Origin: Planctomycetota bacterium
Lineage (GTDB): Bacteria > Planctomycetota > Planctomycetia > JALXBF01
NCBI GenBank assembly: GCA_026981825.1
Contig: JALSID010000227.1
Coordinates: 1-58,009 of the forward strand
DNA length: 58,009 nucleotides
Reading direction: 5' to 3'
Below the pieces are notes generated by a model. The model did not search any database and was not told where the DNA came from. It saw nothing but the letters and a program-made list of their open reading frames with translations. Positions 29,452 to 39,114 of the stretch are shown piece by piece. The position numbers and the translations under genes were made by a program. Numbering within the stretch: the stretch's first letter is position 1; the number at the start of each line of letters is the position of its first letter.

Positions 29452-30621
29452 CTAGACTTCGGGAACTTCCTCCCACTGACGCGTCTGCGCTGCTTTGGAA
29501 ATCGCTTCCAGCACCGCCTGGTTCTTGACACCATCATCGAAGGATGGACACGGCATCTGGTCCTTCCCGATCGCATCGAGAAGGTCCGCCACCTGGTGGA
29601 TGTGCGTATGCTCCCAACCGATGATGTGCCCCTCTGGCCACCAGTGCCCAACATAGGGATGCGCCTGGCCATTGGTCACCAGGATGGTTCGGTACCCCTG
29701 TGTCCCAGGCTCATCCTCGCGCGAAAAGAACTCCAGCTCGTTCATACGCTCCAGATTGAAGACGATCGATCCCTTCGAGCCGTTGATCTCGAACCGGTTA
29801 TGGTTCTTGCGCCCATTCGCAAACCGGGTGGCCTCGAACGTACCCAGTGCACCGTTTTTGAACACCGCACACGCGACGAAGGCGTCGTCAACGGTGACCG
29901 GAGCCTTCTTCACCGCCGCCTCGGCCGCGGCCGAAAGCCCCGCCGCCTCCTGAGCCACGGGGCGCTCCTTGATGAAGGTTGCGGTAGCGGCACACACGGC
30001 TTTGATCTCGCCCACTAGGTAGTAAGCAAGATCCAGAATGTGGGCACCGAGATCACCCAGCGCGCCCGAGCCGGCCGTGCTTGCATCGAGCCGCCAAACC
30101 ACCGGGAAAGTGGGATCGAGGATCCAATCCTGCAGATAGACCGCCCGCATGTGATAGATCTCGCCCAGCTTCCCGCTGTCAATCAGTTGCTTCGCGTAGG
30201 CCACCGCAGGCACACGGCGATAGTTGAACGCGATCATGTGTTTGACGCCGTTCTCCCGCGCCGCATCCCGCATCTCGATCGCCTGCGACAGGGTAAGCGC
30301 CATGGGCTTCTCGCAGAAAACATGCTTCTTGTTCTCTGCTGCTGCAATGGAGATCTCCGCATGGGTGTTGTTCGGCGTGCTCACGTCAACCAGATCGACG
30401 TCCTCGGCCGCAACCACCTTCTTCCAATCGGTCTCGTACCGGTTCCATCCGTACTGAGCGGCCGCCTGGCGGACTTTCTCCTCGTTGCGGCCGCAAATCA
30501 CCTGCATCACGGGTCGAGCGGCAATCTCCGGGAAGAAGACCGGCGCCTTGATGTAGGCGTTGCTGTGCGCCTTGCCCATGAACGCGTAGCCAATCAGACC
30601 GACACGAATCTCTTTTGCCAT
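29452..30621 (-). CDS. Gfo/Idh/MocA-family oxidoreductase (cytoplasmic)
   Basis: IRVGLIGYAFMG, HVFCEKPMA, FNYRRVPA and GALGDLGAHILD. Confidence 0.92.
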   Translation of the reverse strand: MAKEIRVGLIGYAFMGKAHSNAYIKAPVFFPEIAARPVMQVICGRNEEKVRQAAAQYGWNRYETDWKKVVAAEDVDLVDVSTPNNTHAEISIAAAENKKHVFCEKPMALTLSQAIEMRDAARENGVKHMIAFNYRRVPAVAYAKQLIDSGKLGEIYHMRAVYLQDWILDPTFPVVWRLDASTAGSGALGDLGAHILDLAYYLVGEIKAVCAATATFIKERPVAQEAAGLSAAAEAAVKKAPVTVDDAFVACAVFKNGALGTFEATRFANGRKNHNRFEINGSKGSIVFNLERMNELEFFSREDEPGTQGYRTILVTNGQAHPYVGHWWPEGHIIGWEHTHIHQVADLLDAIGKDQMPCPSFDDGVKNQAVLEAISKAAQTRQWEEVPEV

Positions 30622-30951
30622 GCGTTATCCCCCGTTACTAGCCACGAATACCGGCACTCGCCAGCCTACCAAGCATGCGATCAGATCGCCTCTTGGACTC
30701 AAGTATTACCAGATGCGCGCGACAAACTCAACCGTCTCCGTCCGCTCGCCTCCCCGCCACCTGCGCAAGAACACTCCGCTCAGCAAAGCGGCCGAGAGAG
30801 ACACCGGTCCTTGCCCCGGACCATCCAAGGAGATTCCTCCGTTTCCGCCCCGTCGCGGCAGAACGATCCCGCGTACCGCCCCCCCTGGAAATGCAATCGG
30901 GGCAGTAGGTGACCTACTGCCCCTCGTGCCGCACTGTGCCCATAAGACCGC

Positions 30952-31377
30952 TTACTGGTCCTGCCCGCCTTCCTCGGGCTTCTCCTCTTTTTTCTCTTCT
31001 TTTGACTCGGGAGCTGCTTCCCCCTCAGCCTTGGGTTGCTCACCGCCCTCAGCCTTGGGCTGCTCGCCACCTTCGGCCTTGGGTTGTTCGCCACCTTCGG
31101 CCTTGGGTTGTTCGCCACCTTCGGCCTTGGGTTGTTCGCCGCCTTCGGTAGCTGCGGCGGGCTGTGCTTCCGATTGACCTCCGGCCTGTTCAGCAGCCGG
31201 TTGCTGCTCCTGCTGCCCAGCCGACTCGCCTTCAGCCGCCTGAGGCTGCTGCTCTGTCGCGGGGGTCTGTTCGCCGGCCGGCCCGGTCGTAGTCCCGGTC
31301 TCGGTTCCACCGCCACACCCCAGACCCAAGAGGGCCAGACTGAGTCCGGCTAGTCCTGCAATAAGAAATCGCTTCAT
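30952..31377 (-). CDS. Acidic low-complexity putative lipoprotein with (KAEGGEQP)-type repeats
   Basis: MKRFLIAGLAGLSLALLGLGC signal and lipobox; GGAGGT RBS; E/Q/A/P/G-rich body. Confidence 0.75.
   Translation of the reverse strand: MKRFLIAGLAGLSLALLGLGCGGGTETGTTTGPAGEQTPATEQQPQAAEGESAGQQEQQPAAEQAGGQSEAQPAAATEGGEQPKAEGGEQPKAEGGEQPKAEGGEQPKAEGGEQPKAEGEAAPESKEEKKEEKPEEGGQDQ
31029..31148. repeat. Coding tandem repeat, five 24-bp units
   Basis: Units of CCTTGGGYTGYTCRCCRCCYTCRG abut without spacers; two units are identical. Confidence 0.95.
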
Positions 31378-31620
31378 CGCTCGACCTCCACCAACGTTGA
31401 GCCTCCACCGACGAGCTCTGCCACTGCGGCGAGCTCTTTCTCAATCCAAGTAGATGCACGGGGCGGTCCGCTTATTCCCGGAACCCGGACCGATCGGTGG
31501 AACGGGTTCTGAGTGCCCACGCCAGATACAGGAGCTTGGGTGCGGTGCAAGATGAGGCCGGGGGCGGAGTCGCGTACGCGGCCCGTTCGGTAGCGGTGCT
31601 CGCCGCCGCTCCCTCTGCGA

Positions 31621-33345
31621 CTACCGCAGGCCAAAACGGTCGAGCAGACTGTACAGCTTGGCCCGGGTGATCCGCAACCGACGGGCCGCTTCGGACTTGT
31701 TGCCACCGGTCGCCGCCAACGTCGTCTCGATCTGGTGGCGCTGCAGCTCTTCGTGGCTGAGCAAACTGAGCGGCACGGCCCGCCCCATGGTCTTCCCAAG
31801 AAGCCGGAGGTCAGCGGCTTCGATGGTTGCACCTCGACACCGCAGGACTGCAGCTTCGATCATGGCCCGCAATTCCCGCACGTTTCCAGGCCAGTGGTAG
31901 GCAAGGAGCTTAGCCATAGCTGCAGCGGAGAAGGTGAGGTCCGGTTTGCCGTAGCGCTGACCGATCTCCTGAGCGAACCGGCGGGCAAGCAAGGCGATAT
32001 CATCACCCCGCTCCCGCAATGGAGGTAGCTCCACCGTGAGAACACTCAGCCGAAAAAACAGGTCCTCTCGGAACCGCTGGCGGCGGACCTGAGCGACCAG
32101 ATTGCGGTTCGTCGCTGCCAGGATGCGTGCGTCTGTGTGCAGCAGTTCCTCGCCCCCCACTCGCGTGAACGTGCCGGTTTCGAGCACGCGGAGAAGTCGA
32201 CACTGGGCGGCCGGAGACATTTCAGCGATCTCGTCCAGGAACAGGGTACCGGCCCTGCTCCGCTCGAAAACTCCACGATGCGTCGCAATGGCTCCCGTAA
32301 ATGCCCCCTTCTCATGTCCGAACAACTCACTCTCCAGGAGCGATTCACTCAACGCGCCGCAGTTCACCGAAACGAACGGGTTCGCGGACCGCGGGCTTAG
32401 CTCGTGAATCGCCTGGGCCACCAGCTCCTTGCCCGTGCCCGTTTCCCCCGTGATGAGCACCGGACACAGGGACTGGGCGGCGAGCCGTATAAACTGGCGG
32501 ACGGGATCGAGAGCAGCACCGCCGATGAGCTTCGCCAACGGGTCTTCGGCCCCCTGTCTGAACAACCGGGTGCTCGCCAGAAGCTTGTCGATCCGGTTAG
32601 CGACAGCGCGGAGCCGGTTGGTTACCGCCTGACTCATCGCTCTTCGACCACGTCGTTCGATGTACAGAAGGATCGCACTGCGCGGCCGTTTGACCACGGT
32701 AACGGACCGCTCTTCCCCGGTCGGAAGGACAATCCGCCCCCTGGCCAAACCGCTGCGGCTGTCTGTCACAGCCCGTAGGATCCCCAGGGCCTGCTCTCCA
32801 GGTCGCCAGTTCGGATCCGGAAACGCCACCACAACGCTCGGATCCCCCCTATGGCCAGCGCCGCCGAGGACAACGGCAGCACAATCGAGCTCCAATTCGT
32901 ACGTGAGCTGCGCGAGGTACTCGATGAGATCCGTGTCCCTAATCTGGCTCTGGCCAACGCCGTCGGCTGCACTCCCGATCGCACGGTGGGCGGTCAGGCG
33001 CCAGGTAGTGGCGGTGCTGTCCAGCCGACAGTTTCGCCCCCCTCTACCGTCGGATAACGCCACCAGCTCCACCTCTCCAACCCGAAAGCTTGTACCGATG
33101 CGGATGACGGTCTCCTCCACCCGCACTCCCCCACACCAGGTACCGTTGGAACTGTTCAGATCACGAACACGTACCCGACGCGGGGCGAAAAGTTCGATTT
33201 CACAGTGCTGGCGCGACACGGATGGATGGCAAAGGACGATGTCCGCCTGAGAGGACCGGCCGATGATCTGGGGCACCCGGAGCTCAAGATCTGCGAGGGG
33301 GCGTCTACCCGTAAGAGTTGAATACAACGCGACCCGACCGCTCAT
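31621..33345 (-). CDS. FHA-domain sigma54-dependent enhancer-binding protein (FHA - AAA+ - Fis HTH)
   Basis: IIGRSS..VSRQHC..DLNSSNGT (FHA); GETGTGKE and ESELFGHEKGAFTGA; WPGNVREL; GNKSEAARRLRI; GAGGAGG RBS before ATG 33345. Confidence 0.93.
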   Translation of the reverse strand: MSGRVALYSTLTGRRPLADLELRVPQIIGRSSQADIVLCHPSVSRQHCEIELFAPRRVRVRDLNSSNGTWCGGVRVEETVIRIGTSFRVGEVELVALSDGRGGRNCRLDSTATTWRLTAHRAIGSAADGVGQSQIRDTDLIEYLAQLTYELELDCAAVVLGGAGHRGDPSVVVAFPDPNWRPGEQALGILRAVTDSRSGLARGRIVLPTGEERSVTVVKRPRSAILLYIERRGRRAMSQAVTNRLRAVANRIDKLLASTRLFRQGAEDPLAKLIGGAALDPVRQFIRLAAQSLCPVLITGETGTGKELVAQAIHELSPRSANPFVSVNCGALSESLLESELFGHEKGAFTGAIATHRGVFERSRAGTLFLDEIAEMSPAAQCRLLRVLETGTFTRVGGEELLHTDARILAATNRNLVAQVRRQRFREDLFFRLSVLTVELPPLRERGDDIALLARRFAQEIGQRYGKPDLTFSAAAMAKLLAYHWPGNVRELRAMIEAAVLRCRGATIEAADLRLLGKTMGRAVPLSLLSHEELQRHQIETTLAATGGNKSEAARRLRITRAKLYSLLDRFGLR

Positions 33346-33672
33346 GACGGCCTCCTCGTTGCGTACGACCGACATCGCGTCGGGTCTGCATTATTTTCTA
33401 CCCCTGTTGATCGAGCAGGTCAATCCTTGCATCCAAGCACCTGCGCGCCCAAGGAAACCGTTTCCCCTTGATGAAGCCGCGTGGGCTCCTTCGGTTCGTT
33501 TTTTCGCGTTCCCCCCAAGCCCCCATACGGTCGAAGCGCCAGGACGGGTGACAACAGCGCTGTATTTCCGGCGCCAAGTTCCCCGCCGCACCATCGCCGG
33601 CAAGGAAGCCAAGGACACATAAGCCATTGAAAGAAAGCCAGTTGCGCGGAACACTGTCGCGCCGTCGGCTTC

Positions 33673-33688
33673 TGGCACGGAATGTGCT
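33673..33688 (+). promoter_or_regulatory. Sigma54 (-24/-12) promoter
   Basis: TGGCACGGAATGTGCT versus consensus TGGCACGNNNNTTGCW: one mismatch, exact GG-N10-GC spacing; divergent from the sigma54 activator gene. Confidence 0.7.
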
Positions 33689-33699
33689 TGTATCGCCAG

Positions 33700-34020
33700 G
33701 CGAGCACGGCTGGAGGGGATGGGCAAAGCCAGATGGACGTTGGAAGCACTCGCCTCGGTGAAGCCCATCCCCTTTTCTGGAAAAGACGCGTAAGGGGATC
33801 CTCCGGTTCTTGTGACCACCGAGGGGGATGCAGCGGATCCGCCCCACAGAAAGGAACGGCAGCCGGGGGCGTAAGCGATGTCTCCGTTCGTGCGCGGGAG
33901 CGATCGCACCGGCTGCCGTTCTTTCTCAGTATAGCGGAAGCCGGCTGCGGGGTTCAGGGATGCCCTAAGCTACACGACGCCGGTGCGCATTGCCGCCATA
34001 CGGCGGAATAACCGCTTTTT
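33700..34020 (+). ncRNA. Candidate structured small RNA downstream of the sigma54 promoter
   Basis: Inverted repeats AGGGGATGGGC/GCCCATCCCCT and an 18-bp stem with one bulge (33848-33866 with 33909-33926); ends at a hairpin plus T5; no credible long ORF. Confidence 0.4.
34003..34020 (+). terminator. Possible weak intrinsic terminator
   Basis: GCGG-AATAA-CCGC-TTTTT, overlapping an alternative CCGCC-ATAC-GGCGG hairpin. Confidence 0.4.
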
Positions 34021-34521
34021 ACCGCCGCGATGGGCCAGTGTCGAGCTACCGCGTTGCTTCGGGTGACGGCGAGGAACTTTCCTGGGAGGGCCGGACAATC
34101 GGAGGGTGTCTCCTGTGGCATTTGAGCCCCCTCATTCCCCCATTGCCCTCGAACCACCCCTGCAAGCGGTCGGCAGCGGCTGGGGCACTCACCGGGACGC
34201 CACCTCCAGGGGCGGTCAGGCCGGTACGGAATCGGACGAACCGTGGCCGATTGCGAAGTGCTCTCCGGCAAGGCCCCCCGCCGGCATGCCAAGGGGGCTG
34301 GTACCGCTTCGAACCGGCTCAACAGCGCGGCGGTGGTTCGTATCGTCTGTCCGCCGCGGAACAGGCAGACTCAGACTTCCCGGCCTGGCGGCTGCAACCC
34401 GAGCCGTACCGGCAAGATCGTTGCAGTATCCCACGCGTAAGAAAGGCGCCGGACCGGCCGTACCGCTAGAATAGGGAACGGTGAAGCCGTGCCACAGCAC
34501 TACTCGGAGAGAAACGGGCCG

Positions 34522-34857
34522 ATGGACGCGCCGCAAGCCGTAAGGGCTCGGCAACAGGAGCGGTACCTGGAGATCGATTGGGGGGAGGGACACGTTTCGG
34601 TCTATCCCTACGGGTACCTTCGAGAACACTGCGAATGTGCTGTGTGTCGCGACGAGTGGACCGGCGAGCGACGGGGTAGCGGGGCCGTTACAGGCCAGGA
34701 TCTGACCATCACAAGCGTGGAACTCGTGGGCAACTACGCTATCCGCATCCGATGGAGCGATGGGCATGACACCGGCCTGTACACGTGGGAGCACCTGCGT
34801 TCCCTGTGCCGGTGCACTCGGTGCGCGCCTATCGGGAAGTCGGATGAGACCGAATGA
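34522..34857 (+). CDS. DUF971 / GBBH-like N-terminal domain protein
   Basis: LREHCECAVC, VGNYAIRIRWSDGHDTGLYTWEHL; GGAGAG RBS. Confidence 0.9.
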   Translation: MDAPQAVRARQQERYLEIDWGEGHVSVYPYGYLREHCECAVCRDEWTGERRGSGAVTGQDLTITSVELVGNYAIRIRWSDGHDTGLYTWEHLRSLCRCTRCAPIGKSDETE

Positions 34858-34960
34858 GGTTCCGGAGCGAAACCTCGAACTAACGGAAGCAAGACGAAGA
34901 ACAGAAGAATCCGAGAAGTAGGGAATACTCGACGAGGGCGGTGCATCCGTACTACGGGGG

Positions 34961-35488
34961 GTGGAGGTGCCTCGTTCGGGCAAGTTCATCGAGCAGCTTG
35001 TAGACCGGCACTATGAGGCCGTGTATCGGTTTGCATACCGGCTGACGGGGAACGTGCAGGATGCGGCGGAGCTGACGCAAGAGGCGTTTTGTGTGGCCCA
35101 GGAACGGCTGCGGCAGCTTCGCGACCCGAGCAGGGCCCGCGCATGGCTGTACAAGATCGCAAGGAATCTCTATCTCCAGAACCAACGCCGCCTGCAGCAG
35201 ATCCCCATGGGTGACGGGGACCTCCAACTCGCTGCTCCGCCACCACAGCACATAAGTGCGGAAGAGGTGGATGAAGAGCAGTTGCAGCGTGCGTTGAACC
35301 AATTGCCTGAAGAGTTCCGGACGCCGCTGGTTCTCTACTACTTCGGCGAACACTCGTACCGCGAGATCGCCGATATCCTCGGCATTCCGATTGGGACGGT
35401 AATGAGCCGCATCGCTCGGGCAAAGGAGAAACTGCGGGTTCTCCTCGGCCTTGGGGTCGACTCCCTCAGTGGCCCCTCGGCAACATGA
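34961..35488 (+). CDS. ECF RNA polymerase sigma factor
   Basis: VYRFAYRLTG..DAAELTQEAF, AWLYKIARN, ALNQLPEEFR..SYREIADILGIPIGTVMSRIARA. Confidence 0.93.
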   Translation: MEVPRSGKFIEQLVDRHYEAVYRFAYRLTGNVQDAAELTQEAFCVAQERLRQLRDPSRARAWLYKIARNLYLQNQRRLQQIPMGDGDLQLAAPPPQHISAEEVDEEQLQRALNQLPEEFRTPLVLYYFGEHSYREIADILGIPIGTVMSRIARAKEKLRVLLGLGVDSLSGPSAT

Positions 35489-35549
35489 AGCAGCAGTGGT
35501 GGAACACTGAGCCAGACCATTAAAAACGAACGGTCAGGAGTGCTCCTGG

Positions 35550-36386
35550 ATGTTGTGTGAAGAAGTACGACGCTATCTCGAGGTCATGGACGGTGACGGT
35601 GCGTCGGCTTTCTTGAGCGAAGACGATCGGCGGGCGGTTGTTCAGCACCTGGCCGGCTGCGTGAATTGTCAACACTTCGCCGAATGGTTGCGAAGCCAGG
35701 ATCAGGCAATCGGCCGGGCCATCCGCAACGTAAGCGTCCCTGCCGGGTTGCGCGAAAGAATCCTGGACCACCTCGGCCGCATGGAACCGGCTCGGTCCCT
35801 TAGCCGCCGTGTACGGCGTCTGGCGGTCGTTGCTGCCGCTGCCGCCGTTCTGGTGGGGGGCGCTTTGCTGTTGCTGTGGCTGGGGCGGCAGGGCCACCCG
35901 GAGGTCACCCACCTCGACGACAACCATCTGGTGCGGCTCGCCATTGCCTGGGAATTCGAGCCCCTCACCCCTCCCGCCGAAACGCGTCGGGACTGGCGTT
36001 CGTTGCAGGCGTGGTACCGACGTGAGACGAAGATCGAGTTGTTCTGGCCCAATGGGGTGCGAAGAGCTGCCATTCGCGGGGTGGGACGTGTTCGGGTGCA
36101 GGGAACGTATGTTGCTGCGTTGGAACTCGTCCCCTCTCACGCGCCCCGGTCTTCCTTCCTCGTCGCCATCTTGCCTCGCTCCCGCTTCGAACTTGATGGC
36201 TCGCCCACCGGTAGCGTGCGTGTGTTGCGGGACTCCCATAGCGTCTCCGTGGGAACCTGGTCCTATGGTGACGCACATTTTGTTGTCGTCTACCGGGGTC
36301 CGTTCGACGACATCCGGCCGTGCTTCCGGGGGCTGGGGACGGCAACGGCAAGTTTAACACCGCGCAGGCGGGCTCTGGAGGGCTGA
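35550..36386 (+). CDS. Membrane anti-sigma factor with zinc-binding (ZAS) motif
   Basis: HLAGCVNC (HxxxCxxC), one TM helix, extracytoplasmic domain; directly downstream of the ECF sigma gene. Confidence 0.8.
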   Translation: MLCEEVRRYLEVMDGDGASAFLSEDDRRAVVQHLAGCVNCQHFAEWLRSQDQAIGRAIRNVSVPAGLRERILDHLGRMEPARSLSRRVRRLAVVAAAAAVLVGGALLLLWLGRQGHPEVTHLDDNHLVRLAIAWEFEPLTPPAETRRDWRSLQAWYRRETKIELFWPNGVRRAAIRGVGRVRVQGTYVAALELVPSHAPRSSFLVAILPRSRFELDGSPTGSVRVLRDSHSVSVGTWSYGDAHFVVVYRGPFDDIRPCFRGLGTATASLTPRRRALEG

Positions 36387-36609
36387 GGGTCCTGCTGGCT
36401 TGGGCCGGTTAACTGGCCTGGCTGGCCGTCGATGCGGGTCCGCGGATTGAACCCGATCGGCGCGAGGAACGCACCGGCTGCTGCCACCGGGCAGGGCGGC
36501 TTCGCCCCGCACATGTTCCAATCGGTCGGGCCACCGTGGGAGACACTCCGTCGGGTTGGGATTAGTCCCCCCTTGGGTCCATCGTCATGAACGCCATCCT
36601 CCGCGCGGC

Positions 36610-37707
36610 CTACCGCTCTGTAGAGCGCTGCAACCGTTGCAGGACACGTCGCGAGCGGCAGAGAAGTCGATCGAAAGCAGGCGAGCGGAGGACGGCATAA
36701 CGTCCGTCCTGTTCCGCCACGACCTGTGCGGCAAGATCGTGTTTCCTGGCGAAAGCGAGCGCATCCTGGGGACCAAACACGGATAGGGCAGTCGCCAGGG
36801 CATCGGCAGTCATCGCCCGGGAATGGACGACGGAAACCTGGCGTGGCCCCTTGACCGCGATCCCTGTACGCGGATCGACGATGTGGGAGTAGCGAACACC
36901 GTTCAGCACAACGAACCGCTCTGCGTCGCCGGAGGTAGCAACTGCAGTATGCGCAAGGACGAGGTAGGTCGGCTCTGTGCTCGCAGGCATCGGCACGGCG
37001 ATGATCCAACCAGCCCGCCCAGGGGGCGGAGCGGAAACGGCGATGTCGCCGCCGCCGTCGACCAGAGCCGATTCAATGCCCCGGTTCTTCAGCACCTCGA
37101 TCGCCTGATCCAGAGCATATCCCTTCCCGATCCCGCCCAGGTCGATCTGCATGCCGGGCTGTCTCAGTTGCACCGCCCGTTTTTCGGGATAGAGAACGAT
37201 CTTGTCGTACCCGACCAGCTTACGTGCTGCCCGCAACCGGTTGGGATCGGGGAACCGCTTTTGCCGCCGAGCTCGCCGCCATAATCGGACCACAGGCCGT
37301 ACCGTGACGTCGAACGCCCCGCCGCTGATCCGAGCCACGCGCACGCTCTCTTCCAGCACGCGATAGAGATGCTCACTCACGACAACCGGTCCGCGGCCCG
37401 CCTGAGCACACAGACGGTTCAGCTCGCTGTCGGGGTTGTAGTCGCTGAGGATGCGGTCCAGTTCGGCCACCCGTGCAAACGCGGCCCGGAATGCGGATCG
37501 AGCGGCCTCCTCACTCGGTGCATATAGAATGATGGTGAAGTATGTTCCCATGTGGGATTCTGTCTGCTGGTAGCGCTTCAGCGGTCTTACCGCTCGGCCA
37601 CGCTCAACCGCTTCAGCTAGTCCGCCACCGAGCGCAACGAGCAGGCAGATCCCCAGCAAGGCCCACCGGACAGTGCATAACCTCGACCGTTCCAAGAGAG
37701 GGCTCAT
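36610..37707 (-). CDS. apbE: FAD:protein FMN transferase (ApbE)
   Basis: [60 protein letters not shown] and ADALATA. Confidence 0.93.
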   Translation of the reverse strand: MSPLLERSRLCTVRWALLGICLLVALGGGLAEAVERGRAVRPLKRYQQTESHMGTYFTIILYAPSEEAARSAFRAAFARVAELDRILSDYNPDSELNRLCAQAGRGPVVVSEHLYRVLEESVRVARISGGAFDVTVRPVVRLWRRARRQKRFPDPNRLRAARKLVGYDKIVLYPEKRAVQLRQPGMQIDLGGIGKGYALDQAIEVLKNRGIESALVDGGGDIAVSAPPPGRAGWIIAVPMPASTEPTYLVLAHTAVATSGDAERFVVLNGVRYSHIVDPRTGIAVKGPRQVSVVHSRAMTADALATALSVFGPQDALAFARKHDLAAQVVAEQDGRYAVLRSPAFDRLLCRSRRVLQRLQRSTER

Positions 37708-38815
37708 GACCGTGTCTGTTCGAAACTTCTGTCGTGTTGTCCTGCCTGGTCTTGCGGTGCTTGCGGGCTGGGGCTTCGTCTTCGTTCCCCTGCTCGCACA
37801 AGTGCAGTATACGGTCGACGAGAAACGAGGCGTGGTCGTTGTGCCTGACGCCGAAGCTCGGACCGAAGCCGAAATGAAGCCCTACACCGAAGTCATCACC
37901 GGCACGGATGTCACGTTCGATATGGTCCCCATTCCGGGGGGAACCTTTACGATGGGTAGCCCGCCCGACGAATGGGGGCGGAATGAGGACGAAGGGCCCC
38001 AACATCTGGTCACCGTGGAACCGTTCTGGATGGGCAAGTACGAGGTGACGTGGGACGAGTATGAGATCTGGATGTTCAGCCTCGACATCGCTCGCCGCAA
38101 ACTCACCGGGCAACCCCCAACGCCGCTGGACAAATTAGCGGATGCGGTGACGCGGCCGACCAAGCCTTACACGGACATGACCTTTGGCATGGGCAAGAAG
38201 CGCTGCCCGGCGATCTGTATGACCCAGTTGGCTGCCAAGGTGTACTGCCAGTGGTTGAGCGCCAAGACGGGCCGCTACTATCGGCTGCCCACCGAGGCGG
38301 AGTGGGAATACGCGTGCCGTGCCGGCACGAAGACCGCGTACTACTTTGGGGACGATCCGGAAGTGCTGGACGAGTACGCCTGGTACTTCGACAACAGCGA
38401 CGACCGCTACCATCCCGTGGGTCAGAAGAAGCCGAACCCGTGGGGGCTGTATGACATGCACGGCAACGTCGCCGAATGGTGCCTGGACCAGTACATACCC
38501 GACTTCTACAAGCGGTTCGACCCGAAGGTTCCGGTGAAGAACCCCTATGCCAAACCGACCAAGCTCTATCCACGCGTGGTTCGAGGTGGCTCGTGGGACG
38601 ATGACCCCGAAATGTGCCGCAGCGCCGCACGTCGGGGGTCGGATCCGGAGTGGAAAATCCAGGATCCGCAACTTCCCCAAAGCATGTGGTACCACACGGA
38701 TGCCATCTTCGTTGGTTTCCGTGTGGTTCGGCCCCTTCGCGAACCGACCGAACAAGAGAAGAAGCTCTATGGACCCGACCCATACCAGGTCTGGGAGGAT
38801 AGCCGCCAGAACTAG
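37706..38815 (+). CDS. FGE/SUMF1-fold (FGE-sulfatase domain) exported protein, probably not a formylglycine generator
   Basis: [53 protein letters not shown] and VGFRVVR; only one Cys in the C-terminal region; signal peptide. Confidence 0.88.
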   Translation: MTVSVRNFCRVVLPGLAVLAGWGFVFVPLLAQVQYTVDEKRGVVVVPDAEARTEAEMKPYTEVITGTDVTFDMVPIPGGTFTMGSPPDEWGRNEDEGPQHLVTVEPFWMGKYEVTWDEYEIWMFSLDIARRKLTGQPPTPLDKLADAVTRPTKPYTDMTFGMGKKRCPAICMTQLAAKVYCQWLSAKTGRYYRLPTEAEWEYACRAGTKTAYYFGDDPEVLDEYAWYFDNSDDRYHPVGQKKPNPWGLYDMHGNVAEWCLDQYIPDFYKRFDPKVPVKNPYAKPTKLYPRVVRGGSWDDDPEMCRSAARRGSDPEWKIQDPQLPQSMWYHTDAIFVGFRVVRPLREPTEQEKKLYGPDPYQVWEDSRQN

Positions 38816-38845
38816 ATGCGTCGACCTGCTGCCGTTCGAAGGCCA

Positions 38846-38870
38846 AGCCCCCCTCGTGGGGGCTCTTTTT
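38846..38870 (+). terminator. Intrinsic terminator after the FGE-fold gene
   Basis: AGCCCCC-CTCGT-GGGGGCT followed by CTTTTT. Confidence 0.75.
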
Positions 38871-39114
38871 GATCGACCGTGGCGGTTCGGAACCAAAGGG
38901 AGCTAAGCTATCGGCCCAGGAACAGTGCCCCCCTGACTGGCTAGCTGTTGGACCTTACCGACCGCCCTGCCCCCCAGAAAGAAGGTCGAGCGAGCAATGA
39001 ACCGGTTCCGCTTCGTTCGTCACTGGCCCTTGTGACATGATGCGAGTTGTGCCACAATAGAGGTCTGGTGAGTTTGGCCGCACGCCTAGTCCGAGCAGCT
39101 TTTGGAGGTTCAGC

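Noticed and set aside
31029-31148. 24-bp repeats as a CRISPR array
   Set aside because: Units are contiguous with no spacers and are in frame within a lipoprotein gene
33391-34474. ORF-track predictions inside the 33.4-34.5 kb intergenic region
   Set aside because: Mutually overlapping, no RBS or motifs, and compositionally unlike real proteins
34922-34951. GGAAT..CGTA as an autoregulatory ECF promoter
   Set aside because: The 21-nt spacer is longer than usual for ECF promoters
36444-36454. GGGTTCAATCC on the minus strand resembling a tRNA T-loop
   Set aside because: No T-stem, acceptor stem or anticodon arm can be built around it
37706-38815. FGE-fold protein as the maturase of the sulfatase at 16285-17706
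   Set aside because: It lacks the paired active-site cysteines of true FGE and is 20 kb away
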